A DNA stretch of 64,000 nucleotides from Octopus sinensis (GCF_006345805.1 NC_043011.1:36840464-36904463), one strand, 5' to 3'. Shown: positions 26,361 to 39,129, numbered from the stretch's first letter. The notes: generated by a model from the sequence alone, not told the origin. Translations and numbers: made by a program.

Positions 26361-26772
26361 ATTCCGCTGCGTACATAGTTGGCTTCTTATAAATTCGATA
26401 TATATTTTTTACAGATACGTGATATCAGAGAGGAAAATGTTATTTCTTACCACCTGAGCGCAAGCCTATGGATAGATGTTATTATTTATTGTCTCCATAT
26501 TTTAGTGTATGTGTGTGTGCGAACTGACACGTTTCAAAGAAGTATTGTAAACGGTTGTGAAGTTTTGAAAAAGTACTTTTTAATGATTTAGCCTGGAACT
26601 CCTTAGCATATTTATTGATTTGACTCGAGATCGTTGTCATACATTTTGGTGATATGACATTCAAACATTAATTCACGCGGATGATCTCCGGTGAATCACC
26701 GAATACGCTGTCAAAGTTTCCCCTTTGTATATGTGTATATGTACGTGCTTATCTATCTATCTACCTACCTAC

Positions 26773-26876
<104 letters not shown>

Positions 26877-26994
26877 GTATGTATGTATCTATCTACCTAT
26901 CTACATATATATATACACATACATTTTATATGTATACTTTTAAATATATGTATATATATTCGTATGAATATAAATATATATATATATAGGTAGG

Positions 26995-27079
<85 letters not shown>

Positions 27080-28649
27080 GAAAGTAAAAAATGAAAAACA
27101 AAATATTTGACATCACTCAAGAAAATTTAATTTCGATAAAGAGTATGAACAGATAGAATCTCTTATATATACATACATATATTCTCACTTATATATGTGT
27201 ATATATATGTTTATTTGTGGATATATACCTTTATACACACACGTAGTTATATATATATATACATACATATATACATATATATCCGTATTGTACGCTATTC
27301 ATGTGGCGATATATTTTCCCCTCTGTCACTGTCACCCTCTCTCAGAAGTCTGTCACATTGCCATCTGGTTTTCTTTCGCTCTCTCTCTCTCTCTTACTAT
27401 CTCTCTCTCTTTTACTCTCTCTCTCTCTCTCTCCCTATCTTTCTCTTTCTCTATCCCTTTCAACCTATTCACTCACGCTAGAAAGCTCGCGTGGACAAGT
27501 AGTTATATGCATTAATACACATACCCTGTCATAGAGATGTATCGAAGGACAAACATGCAGAATATTTCATCCTGTTTGCCAATATGAAGCAATTCACAAA
27601 TGGGTTTTCTGTTAGAAATTCTAGCTGAACACAAATATGATTAGATTAAAAAGAAAGATTCCGTTCATGAAATATAGTAAAAATTTCGTAAATTGTGAAT
27701 GTAACTATAATAAATTCAGCAAACACACACATACACATACAAGTAGAGAATACACACAGTATAATGTACATATATGTCATAGATAGTATGTATGAATATA
27801 CATACATATGTACAGATACAAATATATACATGCATTTCCCACGTATATATTATATCTAGTCGCCCATCTCAGAATGGATTTTGTCTGAATAGTGCCGGAG
27901 TAAATAAAGTACCGGAGCAAATATAGCGACTAGAGAACTCAAAATTATATATACGTATAAATTGAGGACATAATCATTACAATGATTAAACCAGAGGCCA
28001 GCACATAAAAGACAGTTTCCGTTTACCAAATCTGCTCGCAACGCTTTGGTCAGCTCGAGGCCATAGTAGAATACATTTTGCCCAAGGTGGCATGCGGTGG
28101 TACTGAACCTGGAATGATGTCGTTGAGAAGCAAGCTTCATACCACACAGCCACGAAGAACACACATGTACCTATGGATTTATTTCCATATGTATGTGTGT
28201 GTGTGTGTGTGTGTGTGAATCTGTGTGTGTGTCTGTGTATATGTGCGTGGGCGTATGTGCGTATATGTGTACGTGTGTATGTATGTATGTGTGTATGTGT
28301 GTGTGTGTGTATACATTTCCATTTACGCGAATATTTGATTGATTAAGTGAAGCCGAAGTTGTTATGAGACATTCCGTGATTAAGTCACATAAATAATTAT
28401 GTAGAGGATTTTACACTCGTGTGACACGAAACGTTTTGCAGTACTTTCCGATTATTGTAGGAAAAAAACATAAAGGAACAAATTCTTCATTCATTGTATA
28501 TGTCTTTATATATGGTTCCCGGTTCAGTCCCATTGCGTAACTTGCGTAGCACCTATAACCTCGAACAGAACGAAACCTTTTAAGTAGATTTCCTAGATGG
28601 AAACTGAAAGAAGCTCGTCACATATATATATGACGAACTTCTTTCAGTT

Positions 28650-28702
<53 letters not shown>

Positions 28703-28867
28703 AAATTAAACACCTTTTCTCAATTCAATAATGAAAAATTAAATTATACCATTTAGAAAAATTACATATTATAGAAAGATTAAATATAAGATAAAACATA
28801 TAACAATGATTAAGTAATATGCAAAATAGTAACTAAAACGTATATTATGTATATATATATATATGTA

Positions 28868-29643
28868 TAATAATTAATATACGATAAATTTTTTTCGGAA
28901 AAAAATTTTTTACCAATGGCCAGCATATCAAAAAATGCCTTTAAAGGTTAAATTTATACATAATTTACAAGATAAGGGCAGAAGAAAAATTCCAATGCCA
29001 AGTATGCCGAAATAAAAAATGTCGATAACCATTATAATTTATGCGTCTCGAAAACAAACCGATAGAAATCTCTAAAAATTCGTTATTACCATATTGGTCC
29101 AATTTCGGGGTTAATTCATAAGAAATGTTCCCCTCTTCAGCGGCAAATACGCGAGATATAAATGAAATACTTACTCATACCCATGGAAAAGCAAGCACTA
29201 TCTGCCCTTATCTTGTAAATTATGTATAAATTTTACCTTTAAAGGCATTTTTTGATATGCTGGCCATTGATAAAAAAATCTTTCCCGAAAAAAATTTTAT
29301 CCTATATTAATTATAAATAGATTAGTGTTCACTTCCGGATTCTATCACTCTGTGAAAGTTTCTAGTTCGAATCACACTTTCTCGAGGTGCGCCGAAGATT
29401 TTTCTATATTGGATATATTTGGGGTACTTAAGTCTGCTCAGGACTTAGTGTTTGCTTTTTCCATTGGTATGAGTAAGTATTTCATTTATATCTCGCGTAT
29501 TTGCCGCTGAAGAGGGGAAAATTTCTTATGAATTAACCCCGAAATTGGACCAATACGGTAATAACGAATTTTTTAGAGATTTCTATCGGTTTGTTTTCGA
29601 GACGCATAAATTATAATGGTTATCGACAATTTTTTGTTTCGGC
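28868..29643. mobile_element. Interleaved inverted duplication of a hammerhead-bearing unit
   Basis: 28868-28983 is inverted at 29201-29314, and 29006-29200 is inverted at 29446-29643. Confidence 0.85.
29496..29557 (+). ncRNA. Hammerhead-like motif (mirror copy at 29091-29151 on the minus strand)
   Basis: CTGAAGA-GGGG...CCCC-GAAA is intact. Stem III/cleavage region TTGGAC and proximal stem I are non-canonical, while distal CGTATT/AATACG pairs. Confidence 0.55.
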
Positions 29644-30004
29644 GTGAATTTGCAGATGGAATGTGCTTATGTAATTTGTGTTCAAACAAAGAATTGTAAT
29701 ATCTCTCTCACTCACCCTTCCTCTCTCTCTTTCTGTCTTCATGTACATATCTATGTTCATGTGCATGCAGGCCTGTGTCAATGTACGTATGTATTTGCCT
29801 TCTGCTCTGCACCAAAGAGAGGCCGAATCTCCAGCAAGCTGGTGCCAAATTGTCTGCCTCCAAATACTTGCGCTCGTTTGTCAAGTTGTATGGTTGATCA
29901 AACACACACACATCTCTGAATCACCCTCTTCCTCACACTGTCTCTCTCTCACCCTCTCTCTCTCTCTTTATATATATAGATATTCGTGGTCCTGCGTCAA
30001 TTAG

Positions 30005-30322
30005 GACGACGAGTGTTCCATTTGATCCAATCAACGGAACAGCCTGCTCGTGAAATTAACGTGCAAGTGGCTGAGCATTCCACATAGCTCTCGGGGAGAT
30101 TCAGCGTGACATAATGTGTGACAAGGCTGGTCCTTTGAAATACAGGTACAACAGAAACAGGAAGAAAGAGTGAGAGAAAGTTGTGGTGAAAGAGTACAGT
30201 AGGGTTCGTGGAGATTTAGGTGTTTTCGCTCAGTTAACACTCACAATGCCCGTTTTGGGGATCGAAACCGAGATCCCACGACTGCGGGTCCGCTGCTCTA
30301 GCCACCGGGCCATTGCGCCTCC
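30005..30322 (-). mobile_element. tRNA-derived SINE family C
   Basis: Head GGAGGCGCAATGGCCCGGTGG..GGTTTCGATCCC. Body shared with 56403-56681. Confidence 0.85.
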
Positions 30323-30370
30323 TCATATATATATATAAGTGTAATATGCTCGCACACGTAAATAAATAAA

Positions 30371-30760
30371 TCTATACATATAAAGCTGAAGTTGTCTGTG
30401 TGTGGCAGGTTTGATAGCCTTCAACTAACACTATCTCCTCCGAGACACTGCGGCGCAAGTTGATCAAAATTGAGAGTATGATAGAAGAAGGCTTGCTCTT
30501 CATTCTGTAGAAGATAAAATTCAAATTGGACCATGTTAAGACCAAAAATTATTTACATAAAAAATGTGCTTTTTTTCTATGAAAGTCCCTATGTTTTACT
30601 CTTTTTTTACTGCTGTGTCGCCATTTTTCGGTGTATTTCAACCAGAAAAATGTCCACTTAAAGAGAATAACAAGCTACATAATGCAAACTTTTTACTTCT
30701 CAAAAATTCCAATTCTAAAGGTTCGAAACAAACCCGAGCAATTCCGGGCGATACTGCTAG
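30371..30760 (+). mobile_element. Non-autonomous Helitron-like element
   Basis: Starts A|TC, ends CTAG|T, with a subterminal hairpin CCCG-AGCAATTC-CGGG (30733-30748) and no TSD. Confidence 0.75.
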
Positions 30761-31633
30761 TTAATTAATAAAGAGACAGAGACCGAAGCAGTATGATCTG
30801 AAAGAACGAAAGTAACATTAAAACGGCTGATTTCAAAGAAGTTAGCGAGGAAAAAGCGACGCCATATATACAGTAACAAATTCGCTTCTGGAATACGTTG
30901 TATGTTCCTTGTATGCTTACGTATTCGATCATTTACACAGATTCAGGACCACGCAGCAAGCAGATACCAACGTCTTTTCTACCTTAACTCGACCATGATC
31001 ATAAAGCTCCGTGTAAGCGCTATCAAGGAATTTTGCGCCACGGAATTACTTTAAGTTTGTTTGTTATATAACAGTAGGTCAGCCTGGATTGAACTATCTG
31101 CCGTAGAGTAAACTCCTCAAAGTAACTGGATACAGTATATTGCAAATGAATTCGATCTGTTTATGAAAGTATATTTAGTCTTCCGCAAAGTGATTTTGGT
31201 ATTAAAAACGAAATAGAAAATAAAGTGCGAAAGAGAAGGAAAGAAAGCGAGAGAGAACGAGAGAGAGGAAGGCGAGACAAGGAGCAAAGGATGAGAGCAA
31301 GCCGCAGGAGAGTGAGAATGGAAAGAGGTGAGATGTGAAGGAAAGAGTATGAGCACCTGTATAAATATATCGTTTCAATATGTTTAATATATTTCAATTT
31401 CCTGCTACCTCTCTCTCTCCCTTCCTCTTCTCGCCCTCTCTCTTTTCTCTCTCCCTCTCTTTCTCTCTTTCTTTCTCTATTTCTCGCATGTACATATTCA
31501 TACATATATGGGCGTGGGAGTGCATGCGTATGTGCCTATGTGCTTTTCTGTGTGTGTGTCTTATAAACAATTTACACACACAAACATATAGGTAGACAGA
31601 CAGACAGACATATATATATATTATATATATATA

Positions 31634-31672
<39 letters not shown>

Positions 31673-31673
31673 T

Positions 31674-31714
<41 letters not shown>

Positions 31715-31977
31715 CAAATAGATAGATTGATATATGATATATGTATGTACAATCTAGCATGGACACGCTTGTTCATACACACTTGAATGCATACATACAT
31801 ACATACATACAAATATATATATATATATACATATATAGATATACATATACATATACATACATACATATATATACATATACATACACACACATATATATAT
31901 GCATATACATATACATATACATACATATATATATTTATATATATATTTATATATATATACATATACATATGCATACT

Positions 31978-32020
<43 letters not shown>

Positions 32021-32065
32021 CATACATACATACATACATATATATACATATACATATACATGTAC

Positions 32066-32115
<50 letters not shown>

Positions 32116-32188
32116 TATATGCGTATGATACGTCTTATGTCTATTGCATATATTCATATACTGACACTTAAAATAAATGCATTATATA

Positions 32189-32236
<48 letters not shown>

Positions 32237-32352
32237 CTGGGTACAGAAATTCAGGGTGAGTACTTGATAATTGTAAGCATCTGTATATACCGTTTGGTGG
32301 TGTAGGTGGTGGAGTAAATTAATCAAAATAAAAACATGATGCCAAGGATTCA

Positions 32353-32430
32353 GCGGTACATATGTTTCGGGCCTTTATTAGACGGATTTATAACAATGCA
32401 TAATGTGTGTCTATGGCCTTCTTCAGCCGC
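32353..32430 (-). ncRNA. Minimal type-I hammerhead ribozyme with intact core
   Basis: GCGG-CTGAAGA-A-GGCC...GGCC-C-GAA-ACATATGT-A-CCGC (GUA cleavage triplet). Confidence 0.82.
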
Positions 32431-32620
32431 GCACAACTACTACCTTAAGGACATGTATTACATCAAAAATTCTACGTTGGGGATGCAAATCCTCTCATTC
32501 GCGAGATGGACGTTTCATTTTTATGCTGTTGCCGCATTATGTCGTACGCGAATGAGAGGATTTGCATCCCCAACGTAGAATTTTTGATGTAATACATGTC
32601 CTTGAGGTAGTTGTTGTGCG

Positions 32621-32695
32621 CGGCTGAAGAGGCCATATACACACATTATGCATTGTTATAAATCCGTCTAATAAAGGCCCGAAACATATGTACCG
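32621..32695 (+). ncRNA. Minimal type-I hammerhead ribozyme with intact core
   Basis: CGG-CTGAAGA-GGCC...GGCC-C-GAA-ACATATGT-A-CCG. Predicted cut after A32692. Confidence 0.8.
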
Positions 32696-32750
32696 GTGAA
32701 TCATTGGCATCATGTTTTTATTTTGATTAATATATATATATATATATATA

Positions 32751-32790
<40 letters not shown>

Positions 32791-32929
32791 GCATTTATAT
32801 TAAATGTGAGTATATAAATATATGCAATAGACATAAGGCGTATCATACGCATATATATATGTATACAGCTGTTTATATTTATAAGCTCTCAGCACATATT
32901 TAACATCGCTCTCTAAGTAGTCACTGTAG

Positions 32930-33185
32930 TTAAAGGACCTTTTGAGCGGGATGGGCTACTCGACCTGAAGAAAACTTTAAGTGGGCCCCACCTGCAAGAT
33001 CATGCGCTACTTATCTTGATATGAGATCACCATGTCCGCACATATGGTTGTGATGCATGTGCCTGGTGTACCCTTATCAGACGGGTAGTCATGATGGGAT
33101 TACTGGGTTCGTATATTTTACCCCAGTGTCACTTTGATGGCATGCACTGCTCACTCTCTCAGTTATAATAATAATAATAATAATA
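32930..33185 (+). mobile_element. 3' end of an unclassified (AAT)n-tailed retroelement
   Basis: GC-richer block ending in (AAT)n, with no coding remnant recognised. Confidence 0.5.
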
Positions 33186-33262
33186 ATGAATGCCCTCTTG
33201 CAGTACCAGGCAGTGGCTCTCGTGGCTTCTGATCTTAACTCATTGGAAGTGTTATCATGTAC
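33186..33262 (-). mobile_element. 3' tip of an (ATT)n-tailed retroelement
   Basis: Reverse complement of 43622-43695. Confidence 0.75.
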
Positions 33263-34615
33263 TTAATTAGAAAACAACGGACTCCACTAAGCTCCGAAAA
33301 AACAAACGCCTTACCTGAAGCCGTGCTTCAATTTTTCAATAGTTCAACGTCGATCGACAGGACTTCCAATCGTGAAAAAACGCGAATTCTTCAGTAGTGA
33401 AGTAAGCGAGCTACTTACCACACAGCCACTCCTGCGCCTATTTATTTTTATATTCTATATATTTAATTTTTATATTCTATTTCTTTCACTCATTGAACTG
33501 CGGCCATATTGGGGCACCGCCTAGAATGTTCGGTCAAAGAAATCAACCCTATTATTTATGTTTTAAGTTGAGTACTTTATTTATAGGTCTCGTTTGCAAC
33601 TCGCTAATTTATGGGGATGTAAACGAACCAATACCATGTGTCAAGCGGTGATAAGGAACAAAGAGAAACATAAAGATTCCATCCCTATATATATAAGACA
33701 GGCTTCTCTCAGATTTTGTCAACGAAATACACTCATGAGCCTTTGGCAGGCGCAGGCTATGGTTGGACGAACTTAGCTATGCTAACGCGCAATGGAATTG
33801 AAACCATGGTCGCACATATAGGAAGCAAGCTTCTTAAACACAGAATCACGCCTATATACCTATACTGAAAGGTTATTCATAAAAAATCTCTCCAGCCTTT
33901 TGTTCTATTGTTGTTTCCAAGAAAGAACTTAGAAAACGTAAAGTCTAAAAGGCATATGCTGTTCAGAAGTCAGATACTAGAATCATTACAATTACACAAA
34001 GAAACATTATGGCAGTTCGATCAGGTTAGTTTCCTACTATTTATACTAGGGATGTTTTTGGTGCAATTGTAGCTCGCGTTAATGATATTTCTATTAAATA
34101 TCTTATAACATTTATGGTCTGTGTTGTAATGCTTATCTGTAGGGCTTAGAAATATCTTGAGAATATTAAATTTATTAAGGGGATTATGTATAAGATGTTT
34201 CGCATCATATTTATGTGGTGTTTTGTGTATATTCAAGAACAGTCATAAAATGCTCCATTGCAAAAATGATCAGCAAAAGAAACTCGATATATAAAAATCA
34301 TTCGTTAGTTTTGGAGATTTTTTTCTATATAAATAAACAAAAACGAACATCATTTCATACTTTACCTCAAAATTTGGTGATCACTTTTGTAGACAAAGCT
34401 ACAAAGGAGAAAGTCAAGTTTAAGCTCTCAAAAACTTTCTGTTAATGACCTCCATGGAACTACAAGTTTTATAAACTGTATGAGAAGCATTTAAAAAGAA
34501 CTGGATGTAAAATGTATGCATGCACCTCTCTCAATATATATATATATATCAATATAGATACACATATATACATATATGTATATATATATATATATACCGA
34601 TATATACATATATGT

Positions 34616-34668
<53 letters not shown>

Positions 34669-35028
34669 TATATACACTCACGCACAGGCACACATATACT
34701 TATTTTAACCTCTTTTTCTTCGTTCTACAGAGAGAAAGAAGGAAAGTGAGAGTGGGAGGAAGAGGAGGAGGGAATAGAGAAAAAGACCTTGCAACTATTT
34801 ATCAATAGTTACAAGTAGTTGTAAGCTGAATTCTCTCTTTCAGAAACTCTTCAGACAATCACGATAAGACAGCCACAAAGACGGAGAGCAAGGCGAGATC
34901 TTTTATTTTTGCTCTGGAGTACAAAGCTACAGACATTTTCCTACTTAGCAGATCCACTTATACGGTCAACAGTGAATCGCTGAATAAAATTATATGCTTT
35001 AATAAAATTACATAGATGAACATACGTC

Positions 35029-35136
<108 letters not shown>

Positions 35137-35329
35137 TTGTCTGTCTATCTATCTATCTATATATGTAGCAGAAAAAATGCTAGTTCAAAAATCTCTTTAA
35201 ATGTCACCGCTGTAGTTGTACTGTCAAGTCATATTCGTAACAAGCTAGAGGAGGTGTCCTATTGGGGTTTAAAAATCGCGCTAACGACTGCTCTAAAGGA
35301 GAGCCATGTTTAGGTGGCTACGAATACTG

Positions 35330-35371
<42 letters not shown>

Positions 35372-35374
35372 TAT

Positions 35375-36354
35375 ATAGAAAATAGTAAAAAGTGAAAAAC
35401 TACAGAAGGCTTAAAGGTTAAAAGATATATATATTTGCGTCAATATGTCTGAAGAATATAAAAAAAATTTTTTTTTTCCTTACAATGACATAGTTTAGAA
35501 GAAAGGCCGGTTTCGCGTTTAGCTTTTCAAATTTCTTACGACATTATGTTGATGTTGAATAGAGTTAACGTTATGTTTATATTTAAAAGAGTTCTAAATA
35601 AGGAGAGGTAATGAGTGATTTCTTCCGGTGTAAGGGAGATAATCGCTTAATTTTTTTTTCCTTTCCCTTGGTGTGAATTTCTCTGTATCAGTATGTTGGC
35701 ATGGTTAAGTCTGGGCTTGTACTTTTCAATGAAGAATGTTTCCTTGTTTAGTCTAATTTGTGTTGATGATCCGATAGCACATTGGTAAAATGGAAAGATT
35801 AAAAATTGTGGTAGTAGTTGCTTTGCGCATTTCTCAATGTGCTCACTAAAAAGTATCATTCTGTATTCTGGGAATGCAATCTGTTGTCGATGCAGTGTGC
35901 ATCTACGTCTGAGTGATAGTCCGTGGATCACGTAGTCTTGGTGGCAGCCCGAGCATTTTATGACATAATTATGTTTTCAGAGGCACAAGTAAAGTTAGAT
36001 TTGATCTTGAATTCTGTCCCTCTTTAAAGAGGAATTCTGATCCTTCTAGCAGGTTTGGAATGTTGCACAGTTCGATCTACCACATTTTTTTACTTTTGAA
36101 TCCGTAATTTCAGAAAACAATTTTGCCTTTGTGAGAATCTTTTTAAGTGATTTAGGTTGTTTGTAGCTTTTAATGATTTGGTGTATGTTTAGAATTTCCT
36201 TTAATTTGGGGTCCTTATGAAGTATTGGTAAATACTGGGTGATGATGGTGAAGGCTTCTTTGTTTCTGGGGTTGTATGTAGATATGTAAGGTAGTATTTT
36301 CGGGGAAGGTGTGTTGTTGTGTTGAACTTTTCTTAAAGTTTCTATGTTGATTTC

Positions 36355-36355
<1 letters not shown>
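35375..36355 (-). mobile_element. Penelope-like element 3' part (Cys-rich linker, GIY-YIG endonuclease, pLTR), disrupted
   Basis: LPYISTYNPRN..KSYKQPKSLKKILTKAK..KCGRSNCAT, then CSGCHQDY..LRRRCTLHRQQI..SEHIEKC..IFPFYQC..RLNKETFFIEKYKPRLN. Flanked by (AT)n. Confidence 0.88.
35499..35537 (-). ncRNA. Degenerate hammerhead downstream of the PLE ORF
   Basis: AAGAAA-T-TTGAAAA-GC(TAAAC)GC-GAA-ACCGGC-C-TTTCTT. Confidence 0.5.
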
Positions 36356-36447
<92 letters not shown>

Positions 36448-36883
36448 ATATCTACATGTATGTCTATAGATATGTATATATATGCCTGCGTTTATATACA
36501 CGTATGTATATGTATATATATGTATATAACTATATCTATATTTATCTATCTATATATGTGTGTGTGTGTGTGTCCGTGTGTGTTTGTGTAGTAATCACAT
36601 TATTGTTAACAACTGAATTATACCTTTGCGCATACAATAATTATGATACAATTTCAAAATCATCAAATAGTTTACTGAACATATTCCGGATATTGGCACC
36701 CTTTTTCAAATCCCACGTGCCTGAAGACGGTAAAGTGACACCACTTTAGTTTTACTTCTAGCTAGATTCACTCGTCTATATAAATGTGGATATGCTGATT
36801 AACTTTTATATGTTCCGATGACGCTTGGTCGGAAATATAAGGGGTAAGTTTTCCTAGCATTTCTAGATTTATTTATCGGAATA

Positions 36884-36940
36884 TTATGTCGATGAAGGAA
36901 ATGAATCTTATGATTCTAATCCAGAAACCTACGTCCATAA
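36884..36940 (+). ncRNA. Minimal type-I hammerhead motif in a non-coding unit (about 36590-37235)
   Basis: TTATG-TCGATGA-A-GGA..(GAATC-TTAT-GATTC)..TCC-A-GAA-ACCTACGT-C-CATAA (GUC triplet). Confidence 0.7.
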
Positions 36941-37243
36941 TTAACCGAAGACTATTTGATTTCATTATTTTCTCCTTTTTTTGCCATATGTGAGTTACAA
37001 ATATTGTTGTCTGTGGCGACATATTTTTGCAGAAAAAGGAAATAGAAGTCCTTTGGCTGCTATTTCTAAAATTTTTCGGTATGTGGTCAAGTAACTTGTT
37101 GCTAAACCCTTATTGTTATATTTATATATAAAAAAATTTTTTGTATAAGATTTTACCGAATATGGTCCTTTTCCATACCGAAATACTACTAGGTGAAATT
37201 TGATGATTTTATCAAATTAATTATCTTTCACACTAAATCTGTA

Positions 37244-37312
<69 letters not shown>

Positions 37313-37554
37313 CACATGTCAGTGCACAAACGAAAGAATGACATTCAACAAATTTTTGGGTGAGTTACATTCATAGATGAAAACAGTTTGATTCAAATTC
37401 GTCGGTATTCTTGAATTTTAAGTGTGGTGCTTGTCGTCAGCTATTTTCAATTTGAATACAAACTGAAAATGGGTGGCATCAAGCTTAGTAAACACATAAA
37501 TGTGAAATAAGGTGGAAAAAAAGAGTACTCAAATACCAGTGGTAGAGTAATATG

Positions 37555-37713
37555 CTTTATTTAAAACAGCAAAAAATTCAACAAAACCTGTTACTCTGAG
37601 TTTCTCGTTGCCGTTCATCGGACAGTTTTTGCTAGCCAAAACTGTCCGATGAACGACAATCGGGAAACTTAGAGTAACAGGTTCTGTTGAATTTTCTGCT
37701 GCTTTAAATAAAG
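37555..37713. repeat. 75-bp inverted repeat with an 8-nt loop; each arm carries a hammerhead motif (37588-37625 minus, 37642-37680 plus)
   Basis: CTGT-CCGATGA-A-CG(GCAA)CG-A-GAA-ACTCAGAGT-A-ACAG. Confidence 0.85.
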
Positions 37714-39091
37714 TCCCTTTTGCTGTCCTGGTGTTCGTATGCATTCGATCCTTCTTCCAGGAAATCTACGCTTCCAGCTTAGTTTTTCTAATGCTCGTTG
37801 CTTAGTTTTTCTTGGAGGGCTGGCCGTGATCTAGTAATCTCAAGATTAATCAGCCGAAATTACTACGATGATCCGGTTCTTGACTGAAGACTGAGGGTTT
37901 CGAATGTCCTGTCCATGTTTATTGTATCGTCTTCTAAGAGTTATACGTTCTTGTCCATGTTGTATTTTTCTACATACCTTAATATATATATATATGTATA
38001 TATATACATATATACATATAAAATTCACTCATAAGCCATTGGTCTGTCTTGGCTTAAAGCAGAAGTCATATGCACAATGCGATATGTAGTTGTAAAGCCA
38101 GTTTCTTAACCATCTAGCTATGCGTGTTAGATATTATCAGCTGCAATGTGTTTATGCGCGCATGCCTGCGTCTGTGTTTATGTGTCTTGTGTGTAAGCGT
38201 GTATATGCGTGTTTGTATGTACGTGTGTGTGTATGTGTTTGAAAGGAAATCCTGTACATTTAAGTGTTGTGTATGTGTATGTATGCATTTGTGATCGTTA
38301 GTCTATGTTTGCTGAAGAATTGTGTTTGTAGTTTTTAAAAAATTCTGGACGCCGTTGCCCAGCGACCCAAGACGCAGACAATTTACGTTTATGCTAATTT
38401 TCAAATGAAGAATGACATGCCGTGTAAGGCATTTGAGGTAATTCCTCGAAACCACACAAACTATATTAGTTTTAAAATTACACATTCGTCTTGTTCTCTT
38501 TTCCCCAAATATTTTCGTTCCATCTCCAAGATAATATAAAAGTTTTCCAGTAAATTATATACATAATTGCGAAATGCATCTGCCTTGTTAAGAAATAAAT
38601 TAGGTTTCATCATAGATAAGACTTTCTTTTAAGATTGATCTAGTGAAATGATTTCCGAATATAATGCAACTGCAAGGAAATAAGATGGAAGTGGGTGATG
38701 GCATTTATTTCAAATTAGATTCCAATTTCCATCACTCTTAGAATCTCTAAATCATAGATTTCAGGCAATAACTCAGACAAATTACAATGTTAGCTTGCTG
38801 ATTCCATCGTAATTCCTTTCAATGACAGACCAATAGGAAGATTTTAACACATCGCCATTGATTCTATCATAAGTTGTCAAAATGTTGTTTGATAAACAAA
38901 TGTTGTGTTTTATTGAAAACAAAAACAAGAAGAGTAATTTGTTTGTTGTTATTAGTTTTTAATGAAAAAAATCTGAGCGCAAGTGTGGGTGTTTGCTTAG
39001 TTATTTCTTATAAGCCTGGCGTTGCATAATGAGATCTGCCCACACACGTTTGTGCGCGCGAACGCACACGTTCGTAAATACACTCACATAT

Positions 39092-39129
<38 letters not shown>

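Larger units (their letters stand above)
32117..32856. mobile_element. Fold-back hammerhead element: inner arms 32319-32503 / 32547-32730, outer arms about 32117-32188 / 32785-32856
   Basis: Near-perfect 185-bp inverted arms with a 43-nt spacer, embedded in (AT)n. Confidence 0.88.

Noticed and set aside
33350-33400. Minus-strand CTGAAGA followed by a hairpin (a CTGAAGA also occurs near 41545)
   Set aside because: No GAAA, stem III or closing stem I.
34844-35006. Acceptor-like TTCTCTCTTTCAG followed by two AATAAA
   Set aside because: No recognisable peptide or linked exon; such motifs are common in AT-rich DNA.
37810-37870. GGCTG...CAGCC-GAAA resembling stem II of the 13.2-kb motif
   Set aside because: Upstream core reads CTTGGAG and stem I is not adjacent. 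Possibly a decayed relative but unsupported.
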